From Takakia lepidozioides (Eukaryota > Plantae > Bryophyta), in NCBI GenBank assembly GCA_030704615.1, contig CM060734.1, positions 5,952,001-6,016,000 on the forward strand: a DNA stretch of 64,000 nt, in the 5' to 3' direction. Below the pieces are notes generated by a model. The model did not search any database. It was not told the origin of the DNA and saw only the letters and a program-made list of their open reading frames with translations. This document shows positions 1-13,093 of this stretch, one piece after another (the stretch's first letter is position 1; each line of letters opens with the position of its first letter). Both the position numbers and the translations under genes were made by a program.

Positions 1-71
1 TCTCTGTGAGTAAGGCAACATCCCAAGGCTACAGTATCGAGTTTGGAAACAGTATGTGCATAGTGAAGGAC

Positions 72-954
72 TGTCACGCACCTCACTTCGGTAAGCTCCC
101 CTTCAAGTCATAGTTACTCGCTTTGATGCGCACGCCTGACTCCCAACCTGGCCGTCGGGCCAACTCGGAGCTTCGGCTGCTCACCGGGACATAACGGTCC
201 CCCTTCGCTCTCCCGAAAGACCCTCCACCTATTTGGGCCTAGTGGAATTCCCTTTGGTAGATGGCAGTCCGGAACAGCTCCCCACTCTTTGGTCGCTTTC
301 CGGCTCGCTTGCTTACTCATTAGTTTTTGGACACCAACGGGCTTGCACCGTTCTTGGGGTTACTACTCCCTATATATACTTCTGTAGCTGTCCGCGGGGG
401 TTTCACAACCAGCCATGCCATTTTATGGCGAACCACCACGAAGACCCTCGACTCCCGGTGGTGAGTCGCGGTGAGTCTTGGCCCTCTCACCACGACCCCA
501 TTGGGCCGTGATGAGTCCCAAGACTCCCCACGACTCCCACCACGAGGTCTCCACCCTATGGTGAGTCCTATGCCACCCCCACTAAGACCCGCTAAGCTAC
601 CACCACCCCTTGTGGAGCCACCCCCACCGCAACCCGGTGTGCAGGGCTCCACCTAGTGAGCGCCTCCGCCTCCTTGAGTGCCTTGGACACTCAAGGGTGC
701 TTCAGCCCCCCCCCATACCTATCGCTGCCGCTGCCCCACCACAGGGGCAGCCCCTCATGTGTCCCGACCCCCCCGCCCTCAATGCAAAGGGCCGCGACAC
801 ACACCCCTACCAACAGGGAGTCGATGTCCTCATCGACTTGTCCATTTTGAAGAAACGAACATCCAAGTTGTGGCGTCCCACATCAAGGAGTTTGTTTCCG
901 CACCATGGCGTCCCATGGCAAAGAACCAAACCCCACACTTGACTCTACTCTCCA
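72..954 (+). mobile_element. LTR-like repeat (probable solo LTR), copy 1
   Basis: Starts TGTCACG and ends CTCTCCA (TG...CA), with a TATA-like CCTATATATAC near 370. Homologous over its full length to 42842-43721 in inverted orientation. No target-site duplication visible. Confidence 0.7.
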
Positions 955-1553
955 GAATAGCCCCCTTAAACAAATGCCATCTGATGTAACCGCGGGTCAA
1001 AGAAGGCCCCGCAACGTGGCGGGGCGCAGGGCCTCACGGGCCAGACAATAGCGCGGACCGCTGCGGATAAAGGCGGCGACCGCCGGTCCGCAGGCCGGAG
1101 CTTTACCCAGCGATTAATAACTCAGATTTGGCATGCGGCTGTTTTTGTCAGTGTCCTGGCCACGCAGGCCGTCCTTTTGTGCACGTACGACTAGGGTCAG
1201 CACCCCGCCTTCTCAGCGCCGAGGCGTGGGGCCGCGACTGCTCCCCGCGTTTCCGCCGTTGGGTCCCTGGCTCCTGGGCGCACCAGTCGGGGCTTTCCCG
1301 CACTGCTGGCGACCCGTGGGCAGCTCCTACACTCCAAAAAACCAAGGTCCAAAAAAATACAAATCCCCCCCCCCCCCCCTTCCTTGTATTCAAGGTCCCT
1401 TAGTGGGGTAACTAGAGAAGGTTATCAGGGCCTTCCTAGGCCTTTCAATAGGTAGTCTAGCTTCTGGTTAGAACTTCTTAGAGCTATATATCAACTCCTC
1501 TTCATCAATAATAGAGCCAGTGCCTCTTTTGTACCCTCTCCTATGATGAACAT

Positions 1554-2075
1554 AGAGTACGGAGTATTGATTATGAAATCGGCGCCTATTTCATGTAATA
1601 CACAAAAGTACATTCCCACGCCGTCCCTGCATTCATGGAGTTCAAGCATTCCCCCAATTCATGGACAAATCCCAAATATAATTTTCTGGCAGTTACCGCA
1701 CACTGCTTACGTATGTGTTGGAAACCAGAGTAGGGAGTATGGATGTTCTAATCGGCGCCGATTTCATGTAATAGTGAAAAGTACATTCCCTCGCCGTCCC
1801 TGCATTCATGGAGTACATGCATTCCCCTTGTTTCATGGACAAATAAGAAATAAATTTATACGACAGTTACATGACACTGCCTAATGTATGTTTGGAAAAT
1901 CAGAGTATGGAGTATGGATGTGGGAAATCAGCGCCGATTTCTTCTTCTAGCCAAGACTACATTCCCTCGCCGTCCCTGCATTCAAAATCAATCATTGCCT
2001 CAATTTCGTGAAAAAATCACAAATAAAATTTTACTACAGTACAGGACACTGCATTATGAATGTTTGTGGAAATCC
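1554..2075. repeat. Three diverged tandem units of about 173-175 bp
   Basis: Units start at about 1554, 1727 and 1902 (AGAGTA...). Each contains ACATTCCC.CGCCGTCCCTGCATTCA and G/CACACTGC. Confidence 0.85.
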
Positions 2076-2149
2076 ACATAACTCCCTAGTCGACAAATCG
2101 GCGTCGATCACCCCCTATTGACGACGTACCCTCTTTCCCCATTTGCACT

Positions 2150-3047
2150 ACCCCTCCCAGGCGCATGGGTCCTTCCGAAGGACCGATGTCACTTCGTTCA
2201 TATTAAGAGTAGGGTAATCGGTAGTTTCCAGATCCGTCGGACACCGAAGGCGCCGGAGAAAATATAGTAGATGTGCTTGCAGTGAGTGTACGTTCCCTTC
2301 GAATTTCGCATCTTCAGGAAATCCCGACATGTGCAATCCGGATAGATGGATATGGATACATTGTACATGACTCCCGTTTTGGCAAACCCGGCAGTGGAAA
2401 TGTTGTAGACACAGCCAATGCCTGGACGAGGGACATCACGGAATGATTGGACTATGGCTTTCAGAGCCAGCGCCAAGCCTGCCCTTTGTCCAAGCCTAGC
2501 TTGTCTGCATTGCGCTTGTAAATTTTGTTCCATCATTTCGTGGGATAATCCATGTCCTCGTATGGGCCATGCCCAATTGCAGCCCTGTCCACAGACCCAT
2601 CGTGGAACGCTGGAACATCATCCCGAGGGACGAGTCGGAAGCCCGCCGCATCGAGACTGTCTATTTCGGCTTGGGTCAAATCAGTCCCTACCTAGACTGG
2701 CCACATGCGTGGTGGGTCTGGTTTATCTTTCACATCCTTGCTAACTCTGCCACGACTACACTGCTGGATGTCATGAATGCAAAACCAGAACTCCTGAGCC
2801 TTTTCATTAACCATCCATGAAGGATGCCACATTCCACTGTATGTGGGTGCAGGAACACCAAGCGATTTCGACAGTTGAATTGGTTATTTGCAAGGGACTC
2901 GACTGTCCACACGAATTGCCCAACACTGTCGGCGACATGTGTCACTTGTTTTTTGCAATTTGCCATATCGCAGCTGAAACAACTGATTGTAAATGGGCTT
3001 CCCATACTGCATCGCACATAATCGTCGTCGTCAATCGTCGTCGTCAT
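2150..3047 (-). pseudogene. MULE-type transposon remnant, C-terminal SWIM zinc-finger module
   Basis: YNVSISIYPDCTCRDF...THCKHIYYIF (CxCx(n)CxH SWIM). Upstream PDPPRMWPV*VGTDLTQAEIDSLDAAGFRL matches PPPPAVWPVKTGTSLSTLEIAMLEDHGFRL of the 23463-24170 ORF. Confidence 0.75.
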
Positions 3048-3426
3048 CCGGCTCAGTATCCAAGTCTATGCATGGAGGACTAGCCCTTGATCCTCCAGCA
3101 CCATGGGATCTGCGAGGTCCTGTTCACAGGTTTATCCTCCTTCCCATGCACAGGTTTGGCATAAACCCTGTGCACCTCTTTCAGAAGTGCATGTTCATGA
3201 TTTGCCTATTACAGCAACGCTTGAGCTTGGAGTGTGAGCTTGGAATGTACTTGTTTGTATGGTTAACTACATGGCAAAGCAGGTATGAAGCCAACTAGTA
3301 TATGCTTCCCCGCAGATGATAATATGTCCATTCATTACCCTAATAGCAGACATCATCGGAAAGCCAAATGTGTGCCGGTCTTTCCACCGGCAGTCTCAGC
3401 AAAACCATAGCCAGTTTGGGACACAA

Positions 3427-3555
3427 GAGCCATAGCCAGAGTTTAGGCTCTTGCCTTTCTGAGCCAAGGTACTGCACAATGTTTTCATGATGGAATTGAA
3501 TAAGAAGAGGTATGTCCTGCTCAAGTTGCATAATAGACTGTTGTACTGCATTCCC
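3427..3555 (-). pseudogene. MEKK-type MAP3K kinase-domain fragment (subdomains III-IV)
   Basis: QSIMQLEQDIPLLIQFHHENIVQYLGSERQEPKLWLWL resembles plant MEKK1-type QLEQEIALLSQFEHENIVQYYG..K.E.KLYIFL. Confidence 0.7.
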
Positions 3556-3574
3556 CATAATTGTGCCCAAACTA

Positions 3575-3920
3575 CCTAGCTGGATGAATTGGTGCTTTGT
3601 GGCCCGGTTTGTACCCGCTGGATGTACCCCATTGAAAGGTACATGAAAACCTTGAAGGGGTATGTCAGGAACTATGCCCAGCCAGAAGGGAGCATGGCAA
3701 GTGGGTACTCCCATGAGGAGGCCCTTGGCTTCCTCACGGAGTATATTGCTGAGTTTGAGGGAACATCTAGGCGAATATGGGATTCTAATGAAGAAGAGAG
3801 GGTTGTTGGAGAGCTTTTGGAAGGAGAAGGAGCACGGAGGACCATGTCAGTGGAGCTCCGTGATAGTGCGCACGTTTATGTGTTTCACAATACAAAGTGC
3901 TTGAGGCCTTTCTTGGTGTA
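3575..3920 (+). mobile_element. CACTA/En-Spm transposase C-terminal fragment (DUF4218 region)
   Basis: DELVLCGPVCTRWMYPIERYMKTLKGYVRNYAQPEGSMASGY is the signature of TNP2-like transposases. Confidence 0.9.
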
Positions 3921-4589
3921 AATATATGTATCATGCACTATGTATATTCTGAATTGGCACGACATTGAGATTGTGACCCCAGGGGGGGTTGGGTTTCTGA
4001 CCTGCGTTTTGTTGTATGACCAGAGTTTATGATCGGACTTTATGACCGGGAGAAGGTTGAAAGGGACTCGGCAAGAACAAAGTTTCTGTAGAATAATAGG
4101 AATTTCTGACTCAGTTACAATTTTAAAAAAATTTAATGTTTTTTTCCATCGATATACTCTGCGATACCTTCGATATTGCTGCGATAGAGTAGTGTTCCTC
4201 GATATCTTGTATGCAGCCGATAGTCTATCCTTGACTGGATGATAGAAAAAGTGGATGAATGATTATAGAGGATGGATAGAAGAGGTTGAGCGGTTATTAA
4301 AGTTGTTGGAGCATTCTGCTATATATTGCATTTATGTGAAGCAGACGGTGTCAGTTGAGCCAGAGAGCCGTGACCAGGGAGAGTAGAGTGAGTAGGAGTT
4401 AGAATATAGAGTTATTCTTTAATGGTAGATTAAGTACTGCATTCTTGTGATGTTGTGTTCGTAAATGAATAGAAGAGAAGAAGGAGAAAAATGAAGTTCA
4501 ATTCACTTTGTGTTGTGTGAAGAATGGAATGACGGAATGAGAATTTGATTCTAAATGTAATGGTTGAAGAATTATAATTATGTGAGATA

Positions 4590-4847
4590 GTGAGAATGTT
4601 CACAAATGGAGATGATAAAGATTCTGAGAGAGAATTAATTCTTGGCTTACCCAGAGAAATATCGATTTGGATATTTAAAAGTTTATCTTGCATTGAGGCA
4701 GAGTTAGTTCCAATAGAAAGTGTGAGTAAAGCCTGGAGAAATGAATTATCAATTCTATATAAACATCGTCAATTGGGACGTAAATGGAATCAGTATGTGG
4801 TGCTGTCCGATAGATGGTTATCAAGAGTTCATGAAGGAGCAAATTAA
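4590..4847 (+). pseudogene. Degenerate F-box (F-box/kelch-like) relic
   Basis: ELILGLPREISIWIFKSL...VSKAWRNELSILYKHRQLG resembles the LIPGLP.....V.K.WR.....Y..R..LG pattern of plant F-box/kelch proteins. Flanks are full of stops. Confidence 0.5.
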
Positions 4848-5285
4848 GGAAATGAAGATAGAAAGTCTTCGATTGGATTAACTGGAGGAGTATAACAGTG
4901 AAGTAAAATCATTTGCATGGCAGAGAGCAATGATGAGAGAATAAAAGTACAAAGTTGATCACTGGATTACCAGATCATTTATTGATAATAATCTTTCATA
5001 AGCTTTGTTGTAGCGACAAAGAAGTATCCTTATTACAATTAGTCAATAGAGGATAGTACAGGGAGATATCAATTCTATATAGGAGTTGTTATTGGAAGCA
5101 CAGTTAGGTGCAGGCATGGTATAAATCGATTGAAGGCTATCATGAACTTATGAGAGAGTGGAGTAATTCCTTTGGTGAGGGAAAATCCCTGGAGCAACTG
5201 AAGAAACAGGATTGGTGGTGAAGAGCAATCGGTAGTGATGTGTGAAAAAGAACATATAGTAGATCATGTAGAATTAATTATCGGA

Positions 5286-6091
5286 CTACCTAATAGTATA
5301 TAATGGTGCCCGACGCTTCAATGGCACCGGACTCTGTCCCTTGTGGAGCGCTTTGCTGATCAAATGCTCCACAAGGTCCTCGCCCGATTCTTCTCCCTCT
5401 TTGTTAGAGTCGTCGTTCGGGTAGACGTCATTATCGTAGTCAACATCTAGTTCTTGCTCGTTGTCCACAACATCATCCATGTCGGAACCTTCTTGTTCTT
5501 TCTGGGTACTGGCCTCCATGTCCGATCCTTGCATCTCCATCGGCGCAGGAGCCTCCGCCTCCTCCATGCCAGCCATTGTCAAGTTCTTCAGCCGGCGTCT
5601 TTGGGGGGGAGGCCCACTATGCTCAAACTTGGCCTTCCTGCTTGGCCTCTGGATGCTTGCTGCTAAGCTGCACAATGCCAGCAACGTCGCCTCCTCAAAA
5701 ACAGAAGTAAATTTAGAAAACAAGCAGCAAAAACAAAAGTATTCCAGAAACCCGAAATATGAGGTCTTCAATCCAGCACCACGAACCTTTCCTTCGTGCT
5801 TGTTATGTTAAGCATTGCCAGCGTTTCCAGGTTGCTCTTCACTCGCGTGTCTCTCGCGGCCTCGTATGCATTCTGGGTCTCTGTCTCTTTCATGTCGTCG
5901 CTGGAAATGTCGTCCAGATCACAAAATGACACCTCACAAAGCTTCACCATGCTCAGGAGGTGAAAACGCGAACAAGGAGACAGTAGAACAAAATCACAAG
6001 GGCACATAGTTACATTCCCACGCACGCATAGGTAGTGAGTGGGAGCAGTAGACAGTAAATAATTAGTGAGTTCGACGGGAGGTGAAGTCAT
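5286..6091 (-). pseudogene. Acidic hypothetical ORF fragments, probably CACTA-associated
   Basis: Two adjacent minus ORFs (5768-6091, 5286-5771), divergent from the TNP2 gene. Contain a YEAARDTRVKSNLETLAMLNI motif (YE..R..R...N...L type) and an acidic low-complexity tail. Confidence 0.35.
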
Positions 6092-8685
6092 TGAGACGAT
6101 GGCAAGCTACTGGCCGAGAACGTCTACTACCTCCAAACGTAGACGCGCTTCTATGGCAACAAGAAGAAGAAAATGCGAGGAGACTGGGTATGGCTCAAAT
6201 ATGGTGCCCGTGCAATGACTGCCATGGTGGGCGCCTACAGTTCGTGCACACTGCTCGAAATCATTTGCTTGCTAATCAGCGAGATCCCAACCTGCGCAAT
6301 CTGCCTGTGAGGATGCCTCTCCTCTATCCTGTGGGTTCTATCTCAATGTACTGCAACGTAGTTTTTGAATTCCGCTTTGGCTGCTTGGAAAAGGGGATGA
6401 CACGTAAGATAACACATGCAGAATTGACTTGTGCAGGGAAACGGGGGAAACGGGGGAAACATGGATGTGCCGAATCCTCAACAGGACGTCGATGCACAAA
6501 TAATACGCCCGCTTGTGGGTGGGGAAGGATTGGATGGGCAAATGGACATGATGAGGATGTCGCGGGAGACATTTTCGATTGCGGGCAATGTTGGACGCCA
6601 ACAAGTGAATGCCGAGGAAGACATGGGGCAAGCCGGGGGAGATGAAGACTGTGCAGATGCTCATGTGGCATCCGAGTATGAATATGCGGCGAAGACCCCA
6701 CTGTATCTTGGCTGCAAAAAGCAGACTGGCAGCCACCTTGCTCCTGTTGAACGTAAGTGCTACTCACGGTATTTCTAATGCAGCGATGGACGAGTTTCTC
6801 AAATTGATGCACGGACATCTACTGCCACAACCTAATTCCCTGCCTAAGTCGCACTATGAGGCAAAGAAGCTCATATCAAGACTAAGCCTTGCACACACAA
6901 ACATCCATGCTTGCCCGGAAGGATGTGTGTTGTATAGGGGTGACTTGCGGAATGCTGTTAGTTGCCCAAAATGTCGGGCAAGCCGCTACATACCTAGCAT
7001 GAAGACACTGGTTCCACAAAAGGTGGTGAAGCATTTTCCTCTCATTCCCAAGCTTACACGAATGTACAAGTGCAAGGACATATCCAAGCTGATGGTGTGG
7101 CACGCCGAGAATAGAAGTGAAGATGGGAAGATGAGGCACCCATGTGACAGTCTTGCATGGAAGCACATTGACAACAAGTGGCCTGCATTTGGTCAAGAGC
7201 CTCGGAATTTGAGATTGGGCTTTGCTTTTGATGGTGTCAATCCTTTCAGCGACAAAACAACATCATGGTCTGCTTGGCCCGTCCTTTGCATTAACTACAA
7301 TCTCCCTCCCTGGCTAAGCACAAACCCTTCTTCCTGATGTTGACACTGCTGATTCCTAGAAAGGAATCCATGAAGAACCAAAATGTGGATGTGTACTTGC
7401 AACCTTTGGTGGATGAGTTGATTTTGTTGTGGGAAGAAGGTGTATGGGCTATTGATGCAGGTATGCAAGAAGAAGGACGTCAAAGGTTTCAAATGAGAGC
7501 CATTCTAATGTGGTCTGTACACGACTATCCCGCATATGGGTTGTTGGTGGGGTGTGCACATCAAGGTTACAAGGCATGTCCAGTATGTGGGCCGAATGTG
7601 GATGCTAGGTACTCCCCGGCCTGCAGGAAAATGTTGTACTTTGGGCATAGACGGTACTTGCCACGAACCCATCCATACAGGCGCAATCGCGCCCATTTCA
7701 ATGGGGCCACAGAGCTGAGAGCAGCCCCCCCACCCGTAACTGCATTGGATCAGCTTCAGAACGGTGAAGAGTCCCATGCGTACAAAGGTAGGCCGGGGGG
7801 GGACTCAGACCCTGCAAAAAAGCATGGCATGAAGCGAAGATCATGTCTTTGGAGTCTACCGTACTGGAAGGTATGCTTGTTCAATCTGCCCCCATTTCTA
7901 GGACAATACATGGAGTGTATGTTGCAGCTCCTCTCAACTACATGTGCTTGTTTTATGGTCAATGTTCACTTTAGTTTCCTGCAATGCATTTTAAGATCAG
8001 GGCTGTGAAATTAGAGTCTGAACACTCTACAAATTTCACTGCCTTTCACAAATTTCACTTCTTATTGCCATCTCATCACTTGGTAGAAGGTTGTCATTAT
8101 TGGGCTGAATTGGTTGCTTTGCTGAAAGTGGGAAGGGCCGTGTAATGCCAGGATTTGCTGATAAGGTACACTTTAGATGTTATGCATTGTGAAAAAAATG
8201 TTTGTGAAAACATTTTGAAGACCATTATGGGGTTGAAGGATACACCAAAGAGTAGGAAGGACATGGAGTTTGAAGGCATAAGACGCCACCTGTGGCTAAG
8301 TCCCCACCACAGCGATGGAAGGACGTTGGAGAAGCCCCATGCTCCATACGTGTTGAACCATGAAGAATCGGAATCCTTCATGGCCACTCTTGGTGCTTTG
8401 AAAACCCCCACGGGGTATGGCGGAGCATTCAAGAAGCATGTGGGCAACCAGAAGCTCTCAAGCATGAAGTCCCATGATTTTCATATCCTCATGCAACAGG
8501 TTCTTCCCCTTTGCATCCGGGGATTGTTGGGTAAAGGTACGAGGCAAGCCATCATGAGCATTTCAAGGGTTTTTTGTCATTTATGCATGAAGACCGTGGA
8601 TCCCGAATGTTTGGGGGCCTTGAAGGATGATGTGGTTCTTACCCTTTGTTTGCTTGAGAAAGAATTCCCCCCCTCTTTCGTTGAT
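6082..8685 (+). mobile_element. CACTA/En-Spm TNP2-like transposase (transposase-associated domain plus Transposase_21), disrupted and 3'-truncated
   Basis: IWCPCNDC; IHACPEGCVLY; MRHPCDSLAWKHID; RNLRLGFAFDGVNPF; YNLPPW; HDYPAYG; LDVMHCEKNVCE; MKSHDFH; LEKEFPPSF. Frameshift near 7330. GT-AG introns at about 6307-6436 and 7871-8151. Confidence 0.92.
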
Positions 8686-9919
8686 GATTGTCAGAGGTGG
8701 GTCTTGATCCCACTGTGTGCATGAAATGCCAGGCTGAATCGTGGTTGGCTTTCTCAAGAATAGGCTTGTTTTCTTTGAAGAACATTAGATCACAATGAAA
8801 AGGCTGGGCACCAATGTGGTTAGTGAAAGTCAAGCCCTTTGTTTCTTCATGCACCATCATGAAGGATACTATGAAGAAGCCGGATGGGCCTTTGCCTCTG
8901 GATTGCAGGTAGAATTGACAGTAGGCCAATGTACAGGTCCAGGGCTGCCTCTGTTTTGTTGATTGCTTGAAGTTGGGTATGTCATGTTCACAATCAGCTT
9001 AAATGGTGGGCAGCCTTCTTGTTGAGAGCAAACTGGGGACAAGGAAAGGATACCTACTGCAGTGTCTGTAATTTCGTATAAGCTATCCCTTCTGGCATAT
9101 CTTTCTTTCTAGTATGACATACGGGATTCCGGGACAGCCAACCCCTTGCTGAGGTCTTCCACTCTGAGGAGCAGAAATGTTAGGCATGGGGGATTCGGAC
9201 AGTGCTCCACCGTAGAGAATCTATTGGTGTTCATAAGTTGTTTTTGGGGTACCTGTTTACTGACTGCATTCTTTCTTTATATCCTGCTTTGTTTTGTCCC
9301 ATAAGCTCCTTGAGCTTTCCATGGATAGTAGCCAGTATGCTTTTTTCTTCTGTCCTATGGTAGCCTGTACAGTAATTCTATATTTCTTCCAGCACTGCCT
9401 TCTTCCAACTTTTTGTCATAGGGTCCTCCAGGCCTCTCAAAGTGAAAATGCTGTTCTTTCTTCCATAACCTCTGACAGCTTCATGTGGATGCTATAGAGT
9501 ACCTTTTGTTTACCACTGTGTTGGCATGGTGCTGATGGTAAGTCAATTGTATGATGTGAAGGGATTCAGATTGCCCCATACAAAGAAATTCTGCACTACC
9601 TACCATGGTTTGTGTGGAAGGTTATGTGAAAAAATCAAGTGAGCCAATGTTGACCTTCAGAGGCTTGGAAGAAAGGAGATGCTCAAAGAAGAAGAAAATC
9701 CACTGCCATGAACCTTGAAGAAACTTATGTGGTACTCAATAGTCCATCGAGTATAGTCTCTAGTAGGAAATTACACTCCACTATCCTGTAACAGCTCTGC
9801 CATTCTAATTTGGTTTTATTCTCTGCACTTTTGGTTTGAAGACTTTGCATTGTTTCCTTTCTATTAGCCCATGATTGCTAAGATGAGGTGTTTTGACTGT
9901 TTGGCATGTATGCGCAGGA

Positions 9920-11034
9920 TGCAGGGAAGAAAATGCCCAGACTGGGGCAGATGTCAGTGTTGCCAGTGCCAGGGCCTCCACCTCCTCCAAGCGCAGCCGC
10001 ACTAGGCAGCTTCTATCCCCAGCCCTATCCTGAACACCTGCACCAGGGCTCATCTTCTGGACGGATCGCACTACAATGAAGGGCCACCATCGTATCCAAA
10101 CTACCAGCCTCCCCCCAGCCCGACAGGTCAGTACTCATGTTATGCTGGACCAGCAGGGCAGCAGCCAGACAATGCAATGAATGGCCACTACCACGAAGGC
10201 GTGTGGTATCCTGCCATAAATCCGCTGAACCCTGCTTACCGTCCTCCTCCCTAATACTATCCCACAAGTCCCGCAATGCGGCCTGAGGTGCATGGCCAGT
10301 ACCCTGGACAACCAAGTTCCACTCCCAACTCGTCAGCCCAAAGGCCCCTTCATTTCACGGTATCCCGGCTTGGCACGAGTGGCGGTGGACTGAAAGAGCC
10401 TCAGCAAGCGCCTGGGTGGCAAGGCATGTCACCTGTGCAGACGGGCCCTCGCAAAATGGAAGGGGCAGAGGGAAGGGAGGACTCCAATGTGACTCCGGAT
10501 GTAACACCCATGACCACGAAGGAATGAGCTTCTCACCTGAGGAAGGTGAGAAGAGCTGCCAAGAAGGAGATGAAAGCGCAGGCAGCAGAAAATGCAGCAG
10601 CAGGGAGGAAAAAATTCTACATTGAGCTTGATCCCAAAGGCGCTCTAGTGGGCGATACATGCAACGACTGGTTGTGTGCCCTGCGTGGACAATGTCAGCG
10701 TCTTCTTGACTGGTCACTGCCAATTCTCCAAGTGCCAATGGAGAAGATTCTTGAGCTTGGGCAGATTTTGGATCTTGACTGGGAGTATAGCAGGCCAATG
10801 AGTGACAAGGCACTATGGAACCAGGTTGGTGGCATTCTGAAAAACCAGCGATTGAAGTTATACAGGAGGGTGTATAAGCTCGGGAAACCGAAACCCAACC
10901 ATATTGCAGACAAAACTTGGGCACAATTGTGTTCTTTATGGTCTACACCGGAGTGGAAAGCCAGTTCGCAGAATGGTAAAAAAGCGAGGTCGCATGTAAA
11001 GCTACCCAAACAGGTCTGGACGCTCAGGCGTTAG
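9920..11034 (+). mobile_element. CACTA second protein (TNP1/Ptta, Transposase_24-like) remnant
   Basis: Pro/Gln-rich part followed by KPKPNHIADKTWAQLCSLWSTPEWKASSQNGKKARS, typical of Ptta/En-Spm plant transposase. Confidence 0.75.
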
Positions 11035-12659
11035 CGGTGTGGAGACAAGGCTGATACATCCTGAACATTGTTTCCATGCGAATAATCATGTTCCATTGCC
11101 ACGTTCTCATGACATGGAAGTCCCTTTTTCATGGTATAAGTTTCTTCGCAAAATCCCATTTAAACTTTGAAAGGTGAGCTTGTCAAGTAATTCCTTATGA
11201 AACATTGAATCTGTTGTTGAACTATGGTCTCTTCATTTGGACCTGAAATTTGGATGTGGTAAAGACACTTAAGAAGGAACAAGATTCTTAGGACTGTGAG
11301 GCAGTCACTTGCATAGGTGCAAGTACAATTCAAACGTGAATAATAATCCATGGTGGTATATTATAGTGTACATAGGTCTGGTACAAGTAGTGTACAAGCA
11401 AACAAATGCAGACTTTTGGTGGGAAGTTGCATTGCAAGTCTTGGGTACACTGATTTGCTGACTGGTATACTAAATTGGAATGCGTTCAAACCAGTGTTGG
11501 GCGGGTATATATGTTGACATATATACCCAGCCGGGTAATAGTCAGGGTATCATACTGGTCATGGCACCTTACTTTTCTGAAAACAGCCTGAGTTTTCAGC
11601 AAACAACTTACACCATAACCATCCATTAGGCTTTTTTGCCTTCCATACAACATCACTGCTATAAGATTCTAATCATGCTCATAGTTGTAAGGAAAAGGGT
11701 TAAGCATATAGCAATGTAGTCATGAAAGGCAGGGCTTGCTACAGTCATGGCTGGTCATGGCTGATGCGCTTGGCAGGCTCAACTGAATATTCAGATCGGG
11801 CATTCCAAATACTCCACATCTGTCGAGTCATGACCATTCACATTTGTCAATTCTTAGCCCTTAGAGATTACCAAGCACCTGTTTAGTGAAGAAGCATCTA
11901 ATATGTTTCGAAATAGAAGCTCGGACATTGCCATCTAGTTACATATCACCTCAAATCTGATTATGTGGTAGCCTGTAAAACATCACAACCCATGAGAGTA
12001 TATTACCCCCAACAAGGACCTACAAAACAACTTGACCCTGGGCCCTCTCTACATTTGTTTGATGCACCAAAAATCCTCACCGTATCACTGCACAACAACT
12101 TCTGATACAGGTAATTGTTTTTGTGGATCAAATTAGGACCGAGACGCCAATAACAGTACCCACAAAGAGACACAACAAGCATCATTACCAATGATACATT
12201 TCCATAGAAGCCCCTGACCTTTATTTGCTAGACTAACAAATTATGGACAGTGGTGGGGTATGTCCCCACAGGAGATGGTGGCACAAGAATTCAGCTGCAC
12301 ACGAACAAGAATATGGGAACTCTTGCAGGATGCACATGGTCTTGTAAATTTATACTCTAGTGCTACATAAGACTGCACCCTGCACTTTCCAGAAAGAACT
12401 GGATCGGTTTTAATGAAAGAAAAGCCAAAACTAGGTCTTCCTGGTAAAATATTGTCCAGAGTGCACCACCAGAGCACTCAATGATCTGTGACTACAATTT
12501 AGAACCATTATCAAGATGCACAAGATAAAATGTAGCATGGTTGAGTTGCAACTGGATCCTCTGGTTGCAATTCATATACTTGAAACCTGGTTTGAATAGT
12601 GTAAACGAAAAAGAACCCCACCTCCATGTAGTTTGATAAATTCGACGTAAGTATGGAAG

Positions 12660-12770
12660 GCATTCATGCATTTTGAAGACCACTCGGTGCGCATCCACCA
12701 CACTCCCATCTGCAATACACACTGACAAGAGCAGTCCCCACTTGGACATCTGAGAGAGAGAGTTCATGAC
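12660..12770 (-). pseudogene. PLS-class PPR repeat fragment
   Basis: SDVQVGTALVSVYC then, after a frameshift, GSVVDAHRVVFKMHE. Confidence 0.65.
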
Positions 12771-13093
12771 AACCACATATGAACCCACCCCACCCCACCT
12801 GTGAGCCTTGGACTTCCCCAATGGACAACACTTCTGTACATTGCATTCTTGGGTTATCTGTAAAATCCGAGTTCATTGAGAATCTGCAATCTCCAACAAA
12901 CTGTCATAGAGAACTGAGAATCCTCCTCAAACCAAGAAAACAAGTCATTCTTACAAACTTATCTACTAAGGGTAGAATTTGTTCAGACTGAGGGCACAAC
13001 TCTACATGTAAAACAATCAGTTTTACTCTTGAATGCCAAATTTCTTGTCCTGGTTTGTAGGTTTCTATAGCATAGAAGTGGGCCATGTGAGCT

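Noticed and set aside
233-989. Proline-rich ORFs as genes (also 42834-43322)
   Set aside because: Short overlapping frames in a C-rich LTR-like repeat, with stops and indels differing between the copies.
1554-2075. CRISPR-like array
   Set aside because: The whole 174-bp unit is repeated, with no unique spacers and no cas genes, in a eukaryotic context.
9050-9500. Possible gypsy integrase-tail remnant, and an RT-like trace near 11800-11860
   Set aside because: Only a few residues resemble the motifs; too degraded to support.
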